From a virus (taxonomy: Duplodnaviria; Caudoviricetes), in the IMG/VR virus record IMGVR_UViG_3300044652_000018, positions 1-40,364 of that record: a DNA stretch of 40,364 nt; one strand, given 5' to 3'. Shown here one piece after another: positions 1 through 9,374 of the stretch (position 1 is its first letter; each line of letters starts with the position of its first letter). A model generated the notes under the pieces. The model saw nothing but the letters and a program-made list of their open reading frames with translations. It was not told the DNA's origin and did no database searches. A program made the position numbers and the translations under genes.

Positions 1-126
1 TGCCTTCTCGGCGATTTCTTCGATTTGTTCTGCCGACAGCTGGCTCATTCTTCGATCCCTTTGGATTGGTTGTTCGTTTGAGGTCATGGTACTGCAGTCC
101 TTTTGGAAGAGGGAGGCGTAGGCTGC
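1..126. repeat. Terminal direct repeat, left copy (circular-assembly overlap)
   Basis: 1..126 is identical to 40237..40362; the next base differs (T127 vs C40363). Confidence 0.95.
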
Positions 127-1271
127 TAAGAGTTGGCCAAGCCATAAACTGAAACTTTGCCGGTTGCGCCGAAACTATGACCACTGCCGAAATACAGACG
201 GAAGCCGGAAATTGCAGCGGCAGCGGTGTAGGCCCAGCCTTTGTTGACGAAGGACAAAGGTGGTGGAGAGCCGGAGGTAGTGTGCTGGAAGACGCCGGTG
301 GCAATCATAGCTTTGAGCCTGGCAGTATCGTTCGCGTTAAGAACTTCAATGATCAGGCTGGCGCCGGTTCCAGCTGTCGGGTCGACGTTTTCAATGTCGA
401 AGGAGTTATTGGCGGTTTGAACCGGCGCAATGTAGTTAGCGCCGCTGTCGACTACACCTGCATTAGCAAAGCGAAGATTGAGCCGATCATTAGCACCGGA
501 CACGGTCATACCGTCGATAACAATGCGGTAGTTGTCGTAAGACGACGAGAAGATGGTCAGGAAGTCCAGGTTAGCAACGTTCGTGATCGCAGTTGGCGGA
601 GCAAGCAACTTCCAGCCAATATCCGCCGTGGTGGCAACCGTACCGTCCTTGTCTTGGACAGTCAGAGTACGAGTGGTAGCCGTCGTCAGTCCGGAGACTT
701 GGAAGGCAAGTTTCTTCGTCGGGTCAACATCGTCCACGATACGAACGACTGAATCAGTCAGGTCGCCAGTCCAGCTTGCATTGGCACTGTCAGTGGTCAG
801 GAACTTCTTGGCATTGCCTGCCTGGTTCGGCAGGGTGCCTGAAAATGCTTGGTTCAGCACGTAGTCCAAAGTAGCAAACTTTGTACCGGTCGTGCCTACG
901 GCTGCTGTTACGCCAGTGGTATTGGCAGGGAATGACCAGGCACCTGATACTGCTGCACCCGCGCCGATGGAAGCCAGACTCGACACATTCGTGATAGGCA
1001 TGCCAGCAGCGATACCGGCCAGGCTGAAAATGCTGCTCACCGCTACGCCAGCAGCTTTGCCGGTCAGTGCGCTTAAGTTGGTAATCCCGAACCCACCCCA
1101 GTTTTGATCAGCCCCGTTAAGCTGCGTGCCGTCTTTAAGGAGCGCCAGCGACATCCCAGAGGCGATATCGGCCAGCACAGCATTCATGTCTTCTGCAAGG
1201 ATGGTAGTGCCCGCAATGAACGGATACTGGGGGGACAGGACTGAAAAAATCCCGGAACCGTTGTAAGACAT
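126..1271 (-). CDS. Tail fibre/tailspike protein 1
   Basis: N-terminus MSYNGSGIFS...GTTI...LADIASGMSLALLKDG resembles podophage fibre anchor domains; Gly/Ala/Thr-rich beta-type body; lies right after the ejection genes. Confidence 0.75.
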   Translation of the reverse strand: MSYNGSGIFSVLSPQYPFIAGTTILAEDMNAVLADIASGMSLALLKDGTQLNGADQNWGGFGITNLSALTGKAAGVAVSSIFSLAGIAAGMPITNVSSLASIGAGAAVSGAWSFPANTTGVTAAVGTTGTKFATLDYVLNQAFSGTLPNQAGNAKKFLTTDSANASWTGDLTDSVVRIVDDVDPTKKLAFQVSGLTTATTRTLTVQDKDGTVATTADIGWKLLAPPTAITNVANLDFLTIFSSSYDNYRIVIDGMTVSGANDRLNLRFANAGVVDSGANYIAPVQTANNSFDIENVDPTAGTGASLIIEVLNANDTARLKAMIATGVFQHTTSGSPPPLSFVNKGWAYTAAAAISGFRLYFGSGHSFGATGKVSVYGLANS

Positions 1272-1289
1272 ATCAGTGATCCTTTATAA

Positions 1290-1323
1290 TCCGGGCGGAA
1301 TACACCGCCGTAGTCCGATCGGT
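1290..1323 (-). promoter_or_regulatory. Double-dyad element copy 1
   Basis: TCCGGGCGGA-ATAC-accgcc-GTAG-TCCGATCGGT, in the gap between the last ejection gene and the fibre gene. Confidence 0.8.
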
Positions 1324-3623
1324 TATCGTTGCTGTTGCTGTTGGTCCTGCATCGCTGGCAGATTACCAATAAACGTTGTAACGGCCGCTTGCGCCTTCGG
1401 GCTTCCAGACGCCATTTTAGACAATTTCATGAGCTGGTCAACCCCCTCGGGCGAAGTCAGCAATGAGTCCATGGCTCCGAGTGCATCGCGCTTGAGATAC
1501 TCCGAGTAGCGGACCAGGAGGTTGGGTAGCGGGTTGATTCGGGTCAGGCCACCGACAGTTGCGGGGCTGGCCCCGGCGGTCGTCTCGATGTCTCGCGGAG
1601 TCAGACCGCGGGTTTGACCAGGGCGGATTGCAGCCCGGCTCACAGTGTCCATGAACGTCTGCCAGCCCTTGACGTATGCCGCCGGGTCCAGACCTTGGCT
1701 CCTCGCCATCCCAGCCAGCATGTCTTTGATACCTTGGCTGCGAGCGGATTCGTTTGCCGGGGAGCCGAAGGCCTTGGTGAGGTTGCCCGCGAGATCGTCT
1801 GCACCACGGGCCGTACCGGATTCCTGTGCCTTGGAAATCTGCTTTGCCATCCAGGTTTTAACAGCGTCTTGGTATGCCTGTGCGCCGTTGACCGCTGGAT
1901 TGCCTTCGTTATCAAAGGTCTGGATGCCGCGAATGCCCTTCTCGAAGTCGAGAATTTCGCTGGAGGCAGCGCCGGGGGTAGTACCACGGTCGAACAGGCC
2001 CATGAGCTTGGACTTGACCGCCTCGACATCCGGGCGCGCGCCGAGTCTGCCGGCGATGTCACCAATTACAGACTTTTTCATCGGGTTGACAACGGTGTTT
2101 GTCACGTCTTGGTAGGCCGCATTCGCGGCTTTGAGCGGCTGGAAGGCCTCGCCGAAGGCGTTGCGAGCCTGGGCAATCTGCGATTGCATGAAGTTGCTCG
2201 CACCTTGATCCATGCCTTTCGTGGCGAGGTCCGGAGACTTGAGCTTGTTCGCGGCGTCTTTCAGCACGCCGTTGAGTTCATTGGCGTCGGTCAGGAAGCC
2301 CTTGCCGCCGGGAGCAACGAGGCTATCGCGGAGGTCGAGCAGGGACTGGGCAAGGCCCGTGTTCGGGCGTTTCGCCGCCTCCTCCGTGAGGGTCTGGTAC
2401 ACGTTTTGCACCGCCTCCGGAGGCACGGAACCGACGTTGGCGGCGCGATCCATGGCGGATTGTACATCCGATTGGGCATTGGCCAGCTCTTGCCGACTCG
2501 GGGCTAAGCCCACGGCCTCCGCCCGTTGTTGGTCTGCGTAGGCGAGCTGCTCACGAGGCCCAGACGGTTGCGGTTTCGGTTGCACACTCGCCTCCAGAAC
2601 ATCGACCTTGTTGGCGGCTTTTGCGGCCTGATCGATAGCCATGTTAAGGTCGGCTTCGGCGTTGATATTCTGCGACTGCAAGGCCTTGTCAAATGCAGCC
2701 TGCCACGCGGCAGAGCGGCCCTGTTTGGCTTGGGCAATAGCGGCGGTTGCGGCTTCCTGGGCGTTGTTGGCGAGAACCTGATCCGTGCGGATAGTGCCTG
2801 GCAGGGCGGAGAGCTGCTGCTCAGTCTGCATGGACACTTGCTCCGGCTGGTTGCGGAGCTGGGCCTGAACCTTCGGGCCGTATTTGCTCCCGGCCAGGGT
2901 GTTAACCATCGCGTCAATATTGGACGAGCGATCCATGGCCTGGGACAGGTTGGTGTCAACCCCCGCCGCACGGTCCGCAATCATCTTGGCCTGGGCGGCC
3001 TTCAGCTCAGCATCTGTTACCCCGCGGGTAGTGTCGGCGGCGGTTGCGGCGATGTTCCCAGCTGGCGAAGTCACCTTGTGCCCGGCGAGGCCGCCGAGAA
3101 CTGCCCCGATCACCTTCGCGCGAGGGTCGTCGTCGAGAGCCGCCCCGGCCGCCTCAGCCCCGGCGGCGGACGCTCCGCCGATCAGTGCCGAACGCACCGG
3201 CGCAGCGAAACCGCCGGGGCCGGTCACGCCAGCGGTCGCACCAGCAACGAGGTTCTGCGCGACGCGCTGCGCAGTGGTCTTCGGTTGATACCCCATCGGC
3301 GCGACCATAGCGGATACGTCGCCGACCTTTGCCATTTTGTTTTCCGGCACTCCGGCAGCGGCCTGTGCCATCTTGGTTTGCGGGTCATCGGCGAGGGCGT
3401 CGCCAGCGGCAGTCGCCAGGCTCGTTGCGCCCTTGGCGATGCCAGTGCCGATGTTCTTGAGCCAGTCCACAGGCGTGTCGTACCAGTGGCTTTCTGGGAC
3501 CTGGACAGTCTTGCCGGTAGCCGCCTGATAGCGAGCGGCGATCTGCGCTTGCGTGGTGCCAGCGGGCGCATCGATGATCGTGCCATCGGGCATTTGAACT
3601 TGGATGCGATCAGCGTCAGCCAT
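1323..3623 (-). CDS. Large internal virion/DNA ejection protein (P22 gp16-like position)
   Basis: 766 aa, Ala/Gln/Gly-rich and helical; N-terminal QMPDGTIIDAPAGTTQAQI motif is common in podophage ejection proteins; third of three such genes. Confidence 0.65.
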   Translation of the reverse strand: MADADRIQVQMPDGTIIDAPAGTTQAQIAARYQAATGKTVQVPESHWYDTPVDWLKNIGTGIAKGATSLATAAGDALADDPQTKMAQAAAGVPENKMAKVGDVSAMVAPMGYQPKTTAQRVAQNLVAGATAGVTGPGGFAAPVRSALIGGASAAGAEAAGAALDDDPRAKVIGAVLGGLAGHKVTSPAGNIAATAADTTRGVTDAELKAAQAKMIADRAAGVDTNLSQAMDRSSNIDAMVNTLAGSKYGPKVQAQLRNQPEQVSMQTEQQLSALPGTIRTDQVLANNAQEAATAAIAQAKQGRSAAWQAAFDKALQSQNINAEADLNMAIDQAAKAANKVDVLEASVQPKPQPSGPREQLAYADQQRAEAVGLAPSRQELANAQSDVQSAMDRAANVGSVPPEAVQNVYQTLTEEAAKRPNTGLAQSLLDLRDSLVAPGGKGFLTDANELNGVLKDAANKLKSPDLATKGMDQGASNFMQSQIAQARNAFGEAFQPLKAANAAYQDVTNTVVNPMKKSVIGDIAGRLGARPDVEAVKSKLMGLFDRGTTPGAASSEILDFEKGIRGIQTFDNEGNPAVNGAQAYQDAVKTWMAKQISKAQESGTARGADDLAGNLTKAFGSPANESARSQGIKDMLAGMARSQGLDPAAYVKGWQTFMDTVSRAAIRPGQTRGLTPRDIETTAGASPATVGGLTRINPLPNLLVRYSEYLKRDALGAMDSLLTSPEGVDQLMKLSKMASGSPKAQAAVTTFIGNLPAMQDQQQQQR

Positions 3624-5382
3624 TGGGGAGGTCCTCGAAACGGATCACGCGCGGGGCGGGGCTGCCGGTAGGACGAGTGGCATCAACCGGGCTTGTTGGC
3701 AGGCCTTTGGGGGCAGGCATCCGCGCCTGGGCGGCCTCGATAAATGGTCCGATGGGCGTGGTCTGGTTGAAATAGGTCTGGAAGCCATCCAGGCTGCCGT
3801 GGTGGGCGTCGCGCCAGGCTTGTGCGGCCTGCTGGCGGGCAATCTGCCAGTCCGCCATGCCGTCCATCACCCCCATGATTTTGACGTTTGCCCCGGGCTG
3901 AAGGCTGTCATTGGCCGCATTCTTCATGGCCATTTGCACGACCTGGGCGGCCTCGCGAGACCCGAGCTGCCGTACGCGGTCGAAAGCCAGTTGAGTGGCT
4001 TCCTTGTTAAAGGACTGCCAGTCGCTCACAGAACCGAGCTGCTTGTCGACGTTTGCAGGGTCCGCCCCGAATGCGATCATCAGACTACCCAGCGCGCCTT
4101 TATACGGCTGGAGGGCGCCGGATTGGAAATTCTGGGTGGCCTTTGCCATTTCGGCCAGTCGAGCCTTGACGGACATCGCGGAGTCTGCCGCCTCATTGAT
4201 GTCGTTTGAGGTCTTTGCCAGACCCTCACCGTAGGCTTTTTGCTCGGCCTGCAGGGCCGGGCTCTGCCCTGCAACGAAGCCACCGGAGGCTGCTGGCTGC
4301 GCGCCGTGAGCCGTGCTGGCCCCGGTCAGGTCCACTGGGCCAACGAGCATTTTACCGCTCGGCAGCATGTACTTGAGGTCGAACTGGTACTGGCCGGATT
4401 GCTTGGCGTCGTTGAGGAGGGCCTTGCGGTCGGCTTCGGGGATTTGCGCGATCAGGCTCGCACCGGGGTATTCTTCCCCACCGCCGGTTGCATTGGCAAT
4501 CGCCTGCGTCTTTGTCATCTTGACCGGTGCACCGCTGTTCGGGTCGGTAGTGTCGACGAGGGTGTTGGCGTTTTCGACAGCGTTCTTGCCGAGAGCGATT
4601 TCCTTCGCGCCGGCAGTGAACCCCGGCGCGAGTGTAACGGACCCGTCCGGGTTGCGGGTGTAGATGCCACCCTCGCGACCAGCGATCGGCTGAGAGTTCT
4701 TGAGCTCGGCTTCCATTAGCGTCTTGCCAGTTGGGTCGGCGGCAAGGAGGCCCATCGCGGTAATGCGGTCGACGTGCGGGGCCAGCCTGCTCAGAGCATC
4801 GCCACTCGCAGCTGGTTGTCCGGGGGCCGGGACAGGGCTTCCATCGGGCGAAGGGGAGACACCACCGCCCGGCGGGTTGCCGCCCTGTCCCGGCGAAAGA
4901 GTTTGCAGCAACTTGCTGAACGGGTCCATACGCAGGACGGTCGGGAGCATCTGCTGCCCGAGTTGCTGCAGGACCGGGTGGCCGGAGGCCATGGCGTCGA
5001 TGACGGCTTGCTTTTGGTCGCCGGGATGGTAGACCTGCGTCGGCGCGGCCATCGACACGTCGGTGTTGGGGCTTGCAGGAGTGGTCTCCGTATAGCCATT
5101 GGAGGTCCGCATGAATTGCTGCAGGCCGTTCGCCAGATCGTCCTTGTAGCGGGATGTGAGGTCGGCACGCTGCTGAGACAGATCATCAGAAGCCTTTTGC
5201 CCGGCAAGGAATTGCACAATGTTGGCAACAGCACTGAGCGGGTTGGCGCGCGGAGCGACGGCACCTTGGTACTGGAACGGCTGCGGCTGCATCGAGGCAG
5301 CAGTCAAGCGGTCAACGATGGCTTGCCGGCGCGCGAGGTCAGCATTAGCGGTATCGTAATCGTAGTTAGGCATGATCGCCAT
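3616..5382 (-). CDS. Internal virion/DNA ejection protein (P22 gp20-like position)
   Basis: 588 aa, Ala/Gln/Pro-rich; overlaps the downstream gene; GGAG RBS; synteny. Confidence 0.6.
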   Translation of the reverse strand: MAIMPNYDYDTANADLARRQAIVDRLTAASMQPQPFQYQGAVAPRANPLSAVANIVQFLAGQKASDDLSQQRADLTSRYKDDLANGLQQFMRTSNGYTETTPASPNTDVSMAAPTQVYHPGDQKQAVIDAMASGHPVLQQLGQQMLPTVLRMDPFSKLLQTLSPGQGGNPPGGGVSPSPDGSPVPAPGQPAASGDALSRLAPHVDRITAMGLLAADPTGKTLMEAELKNSQPIAGREGGIYTRNPDGSVTLAPGFTAGAKEIALGKNAVENANTLVDTTDPNSGAPVKMTKTQAIANATGGGEEYPGASLIAQIPEADRKALLNDAKQSGQYQFDLKYMLPSGKMLVGPVDLTGASTAHGAQPAASGGFVAGQSPALQAEQKAYGEGLAKTSNDINEAADSAMSVKARLAEMAKATQNFQSGALQPYKGALGSLMIAFGADPANVDKQLGSVSDWQSFNKEATQLAFDRVRQLGSREAAQVVQMAMKNAANDSLQPGANVKIMGVMDGMADWQIARQQAAQAWRDAHHGSLDGFQTYFNQTTPIGPFIEAAQARMPAPKGLPTSPVDATRPTGSPAPRVIRFEDLPNG

Positions 5383-5385
5383 GGT

Positions 5386-6108
5386 TTACTCCCAGGACAA
5401 GCTCAGGCCGATCTCCTCGGCGGCTTCGGAAAGGATGGAGTGAAGCTCCGCACGGCGGGCGAGGTAGTCAGCATGCTGAACAGGGTGCTCAGCCTCCATC
5501 CAGGCAAGCCGCTCCGGCTCGGCATACGCAGTGCAGTCATAGCAGTCGAGGCTGGAATGCTCGAAGCGGAAATGGTCGGGATAGGCATCACCCATCTTGG
5601 TGCGGAGGTACGACCGCACTTCCTCGTCCGACCAGTCTTCGATCGGCTGCACGAAGGTGATGCCGTCGAACATGTCGCCGCTACGGGCAGGGCCTTTGTA
5701 GGCTTCGGCGTTGCGCTGGCCGCGGATCAGGTGGGTCACACCAGCGGCTTTGAGGGTCTTCCAGAGCGGCTGCAGCAGGTTAGCCGAGCAGCATTCCAGA
5801 TGAGCCTGGACGAACCGGGAGCGGGTTTTGCCGGAGGCAAATGCGCCTTGACGGGTCCAGGTGATCGGGACGAATTCAGTGGGCAAGCCTTGCTGGCGGT
5901 TCTGAGCTTCCTGGGAGGTCACGATCTCCAGGAACTGCGGGCACATCGCCCGAGCGTGCTCGATCATAGCCTGCTGTTCCGGCAGGCTCTTCCCGGCATT
6001 GATGTAGATGACCAGTGTGTCAGCCAGAATCCCACGATCCGCGAGCAGGTACAGGCAAGCCATCGAGTCCTTGCCCCCGCTGAATGCCAATGCGTTTTTG
6101 CGTTCCAC
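5386..6108 (-). CDS. PAPS/APS-reductase-family (PP-loop adenine nucleotide alpha-hydrolase) protein
   Basis: Probable GTG start at 6108 with AAGGGGA RBS. Motifs AFSGGKDS, ECC..NLLQPL, GQRNAE, PIEDWS, SLDCYDCT. The longer 6513 start overlaps the upstream gene. Confidence 0.85.
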   Translation of the reverse strand: MERKNALAFSGGKDSMACLYLLADRGILADTLVIYINAGKSLPEQQAMIEHARAMCPQFLEIVTSQEAQNRQQGLPTEFVPITWTRQGAFASGKTRSRFVQAHLECCSANLLQPLWKTLKAAGVTHLIRGQRNAEAYKGPARSGDMFDGITFVQPIEDWSDEEVRSYLRTKMGDAYPDHFRFEHSSLDCYDCTAYAEPERLAWMEAEHPVQHADYLARRAELHSILSEAAEEIGLSLSWE

Positions 6109-6118
6109 TGCGATCCCC

Positions 6119-7405
6119 TTAGTACAGCATAGCGGCGGACATGCCGATCTGCCCGATACTGCCGAACATCGAGGCGTTTGCCTGCTGCTGTGCGTTGTAG
6201 TTGTTGACAGCGCCCTGGTAGGAATTGTAAATCGAAGAGGCGACTGGGGTTTCCGCGACCTGCACGGGCGACGCCCCAGGAGCCTGCATTTGCGACCCAC
6301 CCGCCAGAGCCATGAGCTGATTGAGCACCTGTGTGCGGTCGCCGAGGTTGGACTGGTGAACAGCCAGATTCGTGTTGATGTCGTTGGTCTTGCCGGCCCA
6401 GTCGGTTGAAGAGTTGATGCCCGCGATGTTCGCGGCGGCCTGCGCTGCCTGTGTGCGTGCGTCCGCGAGGCCGGATTCGGCCCCGGCGGCAGTGCCGAAG
6501 ATACCAGCGGCACCTTGCGCTTCCTGCAGCGGCATCAGACGCAAGGTGTTGGCCTCGTCGACGCCTTGCTGACGGGCACCCAGCTGCATACCGAAGAGCT
6601 TGGCCATCGCATCGGTACCGTTCTGGATTGAGGTATTGTTTGCGGTAGAGTAGGCGTCAGTGCGGGCGCGGGCAAAGTTGCCCATTTCGCGGTTGTAGGC
6701 TTCGCTGCCCTGCGTAATACCTTGGTTGGCGAGGCGTGCCTCCAGATCGCTCTGAGCCTGCTGCCACTGCGGGTCCAAGCGGCTCTTTTGTTGGTTGTAG
6801 TAGGCGTCGCTGACAGCCTGGCGCGTGGCGTTGTCCGCCGTCGGCATTGCCGGGGCAGAATCGTAGTTGAATGGCTTGGACAGGGAAGCGGAGAGATTGC
6901 TCAGAGCTTGGTTGGCAACACTGCCTGCACCAGTGGTGACCCCGTTCGCGACAGAGATTGCGGGGTCGAGGTTGCTGGGCTGTGTCATGCCGAGGGCTTG
7001 AGCACGGTAGCCAGACCCCGACATGATGTCAGCGCCGTAGGGGCTGTCAGCGCTGACACCAGCGATCGGCGTATTCGCCGCGCCGTAGTAGCTCTGCAGC
7101 ATTTTCTGCACATTCGGGTCGAGCTGGAAGGTGTTGGTCCACTGACCGCCTTCGCTGGTCGGCGGCGTCCAGGTTGAGGTGCCGAATGGCGTCTGCTCGT
7201 TGTAGCGATTGAGGTTGGCTTGAGCGTTGGCGGTGGTGATGTTTGCGGCAGCTTGGGCATTAGCCGTTGCTACTGGATCGGGTGGGGTCGGCGCAGGGCC
7301 GCCGCCACCTTTCCAGAGCCGCCCGAGCGGAAACCCCCGCTTGGGCGGGGGAGTGAAAAACACGGGATTGTCGCGTGCGATCAGCGTCGACGAAGCCATT
7401 TGCAT
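6119..7405 (-). CDS. Small-type DNA ejection protein (P22 gp7-like)
   Basis: KGGGGPAPTPPDP followed by an Ala/Gln/Asn-rich body and a Gly-rich hydrophobic C-terminus; follows the GNAT gene as gp7 follows gp14 in P22. Confidence 0.65.
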   Translation of the reverse strand: MQMASSTLIARDNPVFFTPPPKRGFPLGRLWKGGGGPAPTPPDPVATANAQAAANITTANAQANLNRYNEQTPFGTSTWTPPTSEGGQWTNTFQLDPNVQKMLQSYYGAANTPIAGVSADSPYGADIMSGSGYRAQALGMTQPSNLDPAISVANGVTTGAGSVANQALSNLSASLSKPFNYDSAPAMPTADNATRQAVSDAYYNQQKSRLDPQWQQAQSDLEARLANQGITQGSEAYNREMGNFARARTDAYSTANNTSIQNGTDAMAKLFGMQLGARQQGVDEANTLRLMPLQEAQGAAGIFGTAAGAESGLADARTQAAQAAANIAGINSSTDWAGKTNDINTNLAVHQSNLGDRTQVLNQLMALAGGSQMQAPGASPVQVAETPVASSIYNSYQGAVNNYNAQQQANASMFGSIGQIGMSAAMLY

Positions 7406-7794
7406 TCCTCTTTAAGCATGCCGTGGCAGATACCATCGGCCTGTGGGTACCACTGTCGGAGTAAACCCTCGACGCGGAAACCTAATCTTTTGGCTGTTTG
7501 GAGACTCGCCGGGTTGTCCGCGGCGATTATCGCAGTCATGCGACGGAGGGAGAGCTGGTAGAATGGGTAGGCAAACACTTCGGCCAGTAGCCGCGGGTGA
7601 ACGGTTGCCCGTCGGAAGGATGCAACGCTCAACTCGCATCCTCCGATACTGAAGGCATGGAAGGCGAAAACCACTACCAGCCTGTCAGCATCATCTACTA
7701 TCGAAAGCCAGTGAACTGGCTTGAAAAACTCAACACCAACAGCGAGCTGCAGGGCGGCAAGGTGGTCAGGATTTTCGGACCAATCCACCTTCAT
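7381..7794 (-). CDS. GNAT-family acetyltransferase-like virion-assembly protein
   Basis: ATG at 7794 overlaps the upstream stop (ATGA). FAYPFYQLSLRRMTAII..DNPASLQTAKRLGFRVEGLLR is a RimJ/RimL-type GNAT C-terminal motif. Confidence 0.8.
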   Translation of the reverse strand: MKVDWSENPDHLAALQLAVGVEFFKPVHWLSIVDDADRLVVVFAFHAFSIGGCELSVASFRRATVHPRLLAEVFAYPFYQLSLRRMTAIIAADNPASLQTAKRLGFRVEGLLRQWYPQADGICHGMLKEECKWLRRR

Positions 7795-9371
7795 CCGAAC
7801 ACTCCGCCGTCCTCTGCAAGCATGTTTGTTGCGATCCACGACATGGTGACATCTTTGGCGCTCACACGCAAGCGGATTGCTGCCGCGCGGCCGACTTTTG
7901 AGGCGACTGAGCGCCACTGGGAAAGCACGCTGGCATTGCCATTCCAGGTGGCGGCGTTCCACTTCGCACTGTTCCACAGGCTGATTTGCTGGACGTAGGA
8001 GGCCGAGGAGACACCGAAGGTATTGTCGTTGTAGTCCATGTCGACGCCGAGCTGGAGCGTCAGGCTTAGGTTGGACTTGACCAGAGGCTGGAGCATCTGG
8101 ACCTTTTTGACGCGGTTGGTGCCGAGGAGGCTGAAAGCGGTTTTGGCTTGGGCGGTGATGGCCCCGCCGTTGTCGTTGTTGCCAGTCCAGAACTGGTACA
8201 CGACATTGTGCAGAGCGCAGTAGATGTTACCGTTGAAGGTTTCCCAGCATTCAGCATTGACGTTGAGGAAGCGGCACCATGCACCGGTCATGGTGTTCAT
8301 TACGAACTGGTAAGTGATGATCGTTGCCAGACTGCTGCCTGGCGGGGTGTAATTAACGATCGGAACATTGACGATGAGCATGGACTGCTCAGCGTGGTTG
8401 ATGATCTGCCAGCCGTAGAGGGATTGGTAGGTGTCCGCGAATTCAGCGTAGGCCTTTTCGATCTTACGGCTGGTGGCGTTCAGGCGACGGCTATCGTCGT
8501 TGGACTGCAGGCTGCGGGAAAGGGCATAGACTGCATTACGGCAAAGGACAAGGATATCCGAGGCCGTCTTGGTGAAGCAACGGCGGGACATCGGCTTACC
8601 CAGCATGTAGATGCCGACCAGGGCGAAGCTGGCTGCGCTCGACGGGTCGGTGCCGTTGTAGACAGCGACTTCGCCTTCGCTGGTGATGGCTACGAAATAT
8701 TCCTGCGGGCCGGCGGTTGTGCCGGTCACGGACCAGGAGGCAGTGGCCATCAGGTAGCCACCTTTCTTGAACAGTGCGCCTAGCGGGAATTCTGTAAGAG
8801 CCCCGCTGACTGAGTTGACCCCGCCGTACCAGAAGGAAAGGCTGCCAACGACGCAGGCTATGACCCGAGTCTTGAACTGGGCGAGGTGTGCAATCGTGTT
8901 CAGGGCCGGTCCGGTCCACCCGCTGTCGGACCACGTAGTGCCATTGTAAGTTTTGGCGTTGTCGATACCGTTGCAGGCAAGGGCGAAGTTGCCCCCGGCC
9001 GTGGTACAGTTGATGTACTGCCAGTCGCCGTTGGTAGTGGCAAAGACCTGACTGGAGGGGCTAGACCCCGGTGTGGTGACATCGTAGGCCCCGGCCTGGC
9101 TGACCGCGAACAGCTGTGCCGTCCCATCGGGCTTCTTGTAGCCGATCAGGGTTCGGATTTCCTTGCCATTGGGCAGAGTTGCCTGGGTCGTATAACCCTT
9201 GCGCAGTAGGACATCGCTCGTGCGGGGGAAAAGGTTGTCGAGGTAGACAGCATCCCGCGGGGACATATCCGCAATGCTGTCGAGCGCGTTCCAGCCTCCG
9301 ACTGGTGCCGGGACTACGATAGGCCGGGATGCGGGGGAGGCTGAGCCTCCGACTGCTTGTCTCAATGCCAT
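7791..9371 (-). CDS. Tail nozzle/tubular B (P22 gp10-like packaged-DNA stabilisation) protein
   Basis: 526 aa, beta-rich; N-terminal PAPVGGWNALD..DAVYLDNLFP; follows the adaptor gene. Confidence 0.7.
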   Translation of the reverse strand: MALRQAVGGSASPASRPIVVPAPVGGWNALDSIADMSPRDAVYLDNLFPRTSDVLLRKGYTTQATLPNGKEIRTLIGYKKPDGTAQLFAVSQAGAYDVTTPGSSPSSQVFATTNGDWQYINCTTAGGNFALACNGIDNAKTYNGTTWSDSGWTGPALNTIAHLAQFKTRVIACVVGSLSFWYGGVNSVSGALTEFPLGALFKKGGYLMATASWSVTGTTAGPQEYFVAITSEGEVAVYNGTDPSSAASFALVGIYMLGKPMSRRCFTKTASDILVLCRNAVYALSRSLQSNDDSRRLNATSRKIEKAYAEFADTYQSLYGWQIINHAEQSMLIVNVPIVNYTPPGSSLATIITYQFVMNTMTGAWCRFLNVNAECWETFNGNIYCALHNVVYQFWTGNNDNGGAITAQAKTAFSLLGTNRVKKVQMLQPLVKSNLSLTLQLGVDMDYNDNTFGVSSASYVQQISLWNSAKWNAATWNGNASVLSQWRSVASKVGRAAAIRLRVSAKDVTMSWIATNMLAEDGGVFG

Positions 9372-9374
9372 GGT

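Noticed and set aside
1-400. Diversity-generating retroelement acting on the fibre C-terminus (A-to-G change at the stop codon)
   Set aside because: No reverse transcriptase ORF and no template repeat found; one base is not evidence.
6109-6513. N-terminal extension of the PAPS-reductase-like ORF (also the extensions at 7795-7977, 32060-32146 and 33445-33555)
   Set aside because: They overlap upstream genes; better starts with an RBS or ATGA coupling lie downstream.
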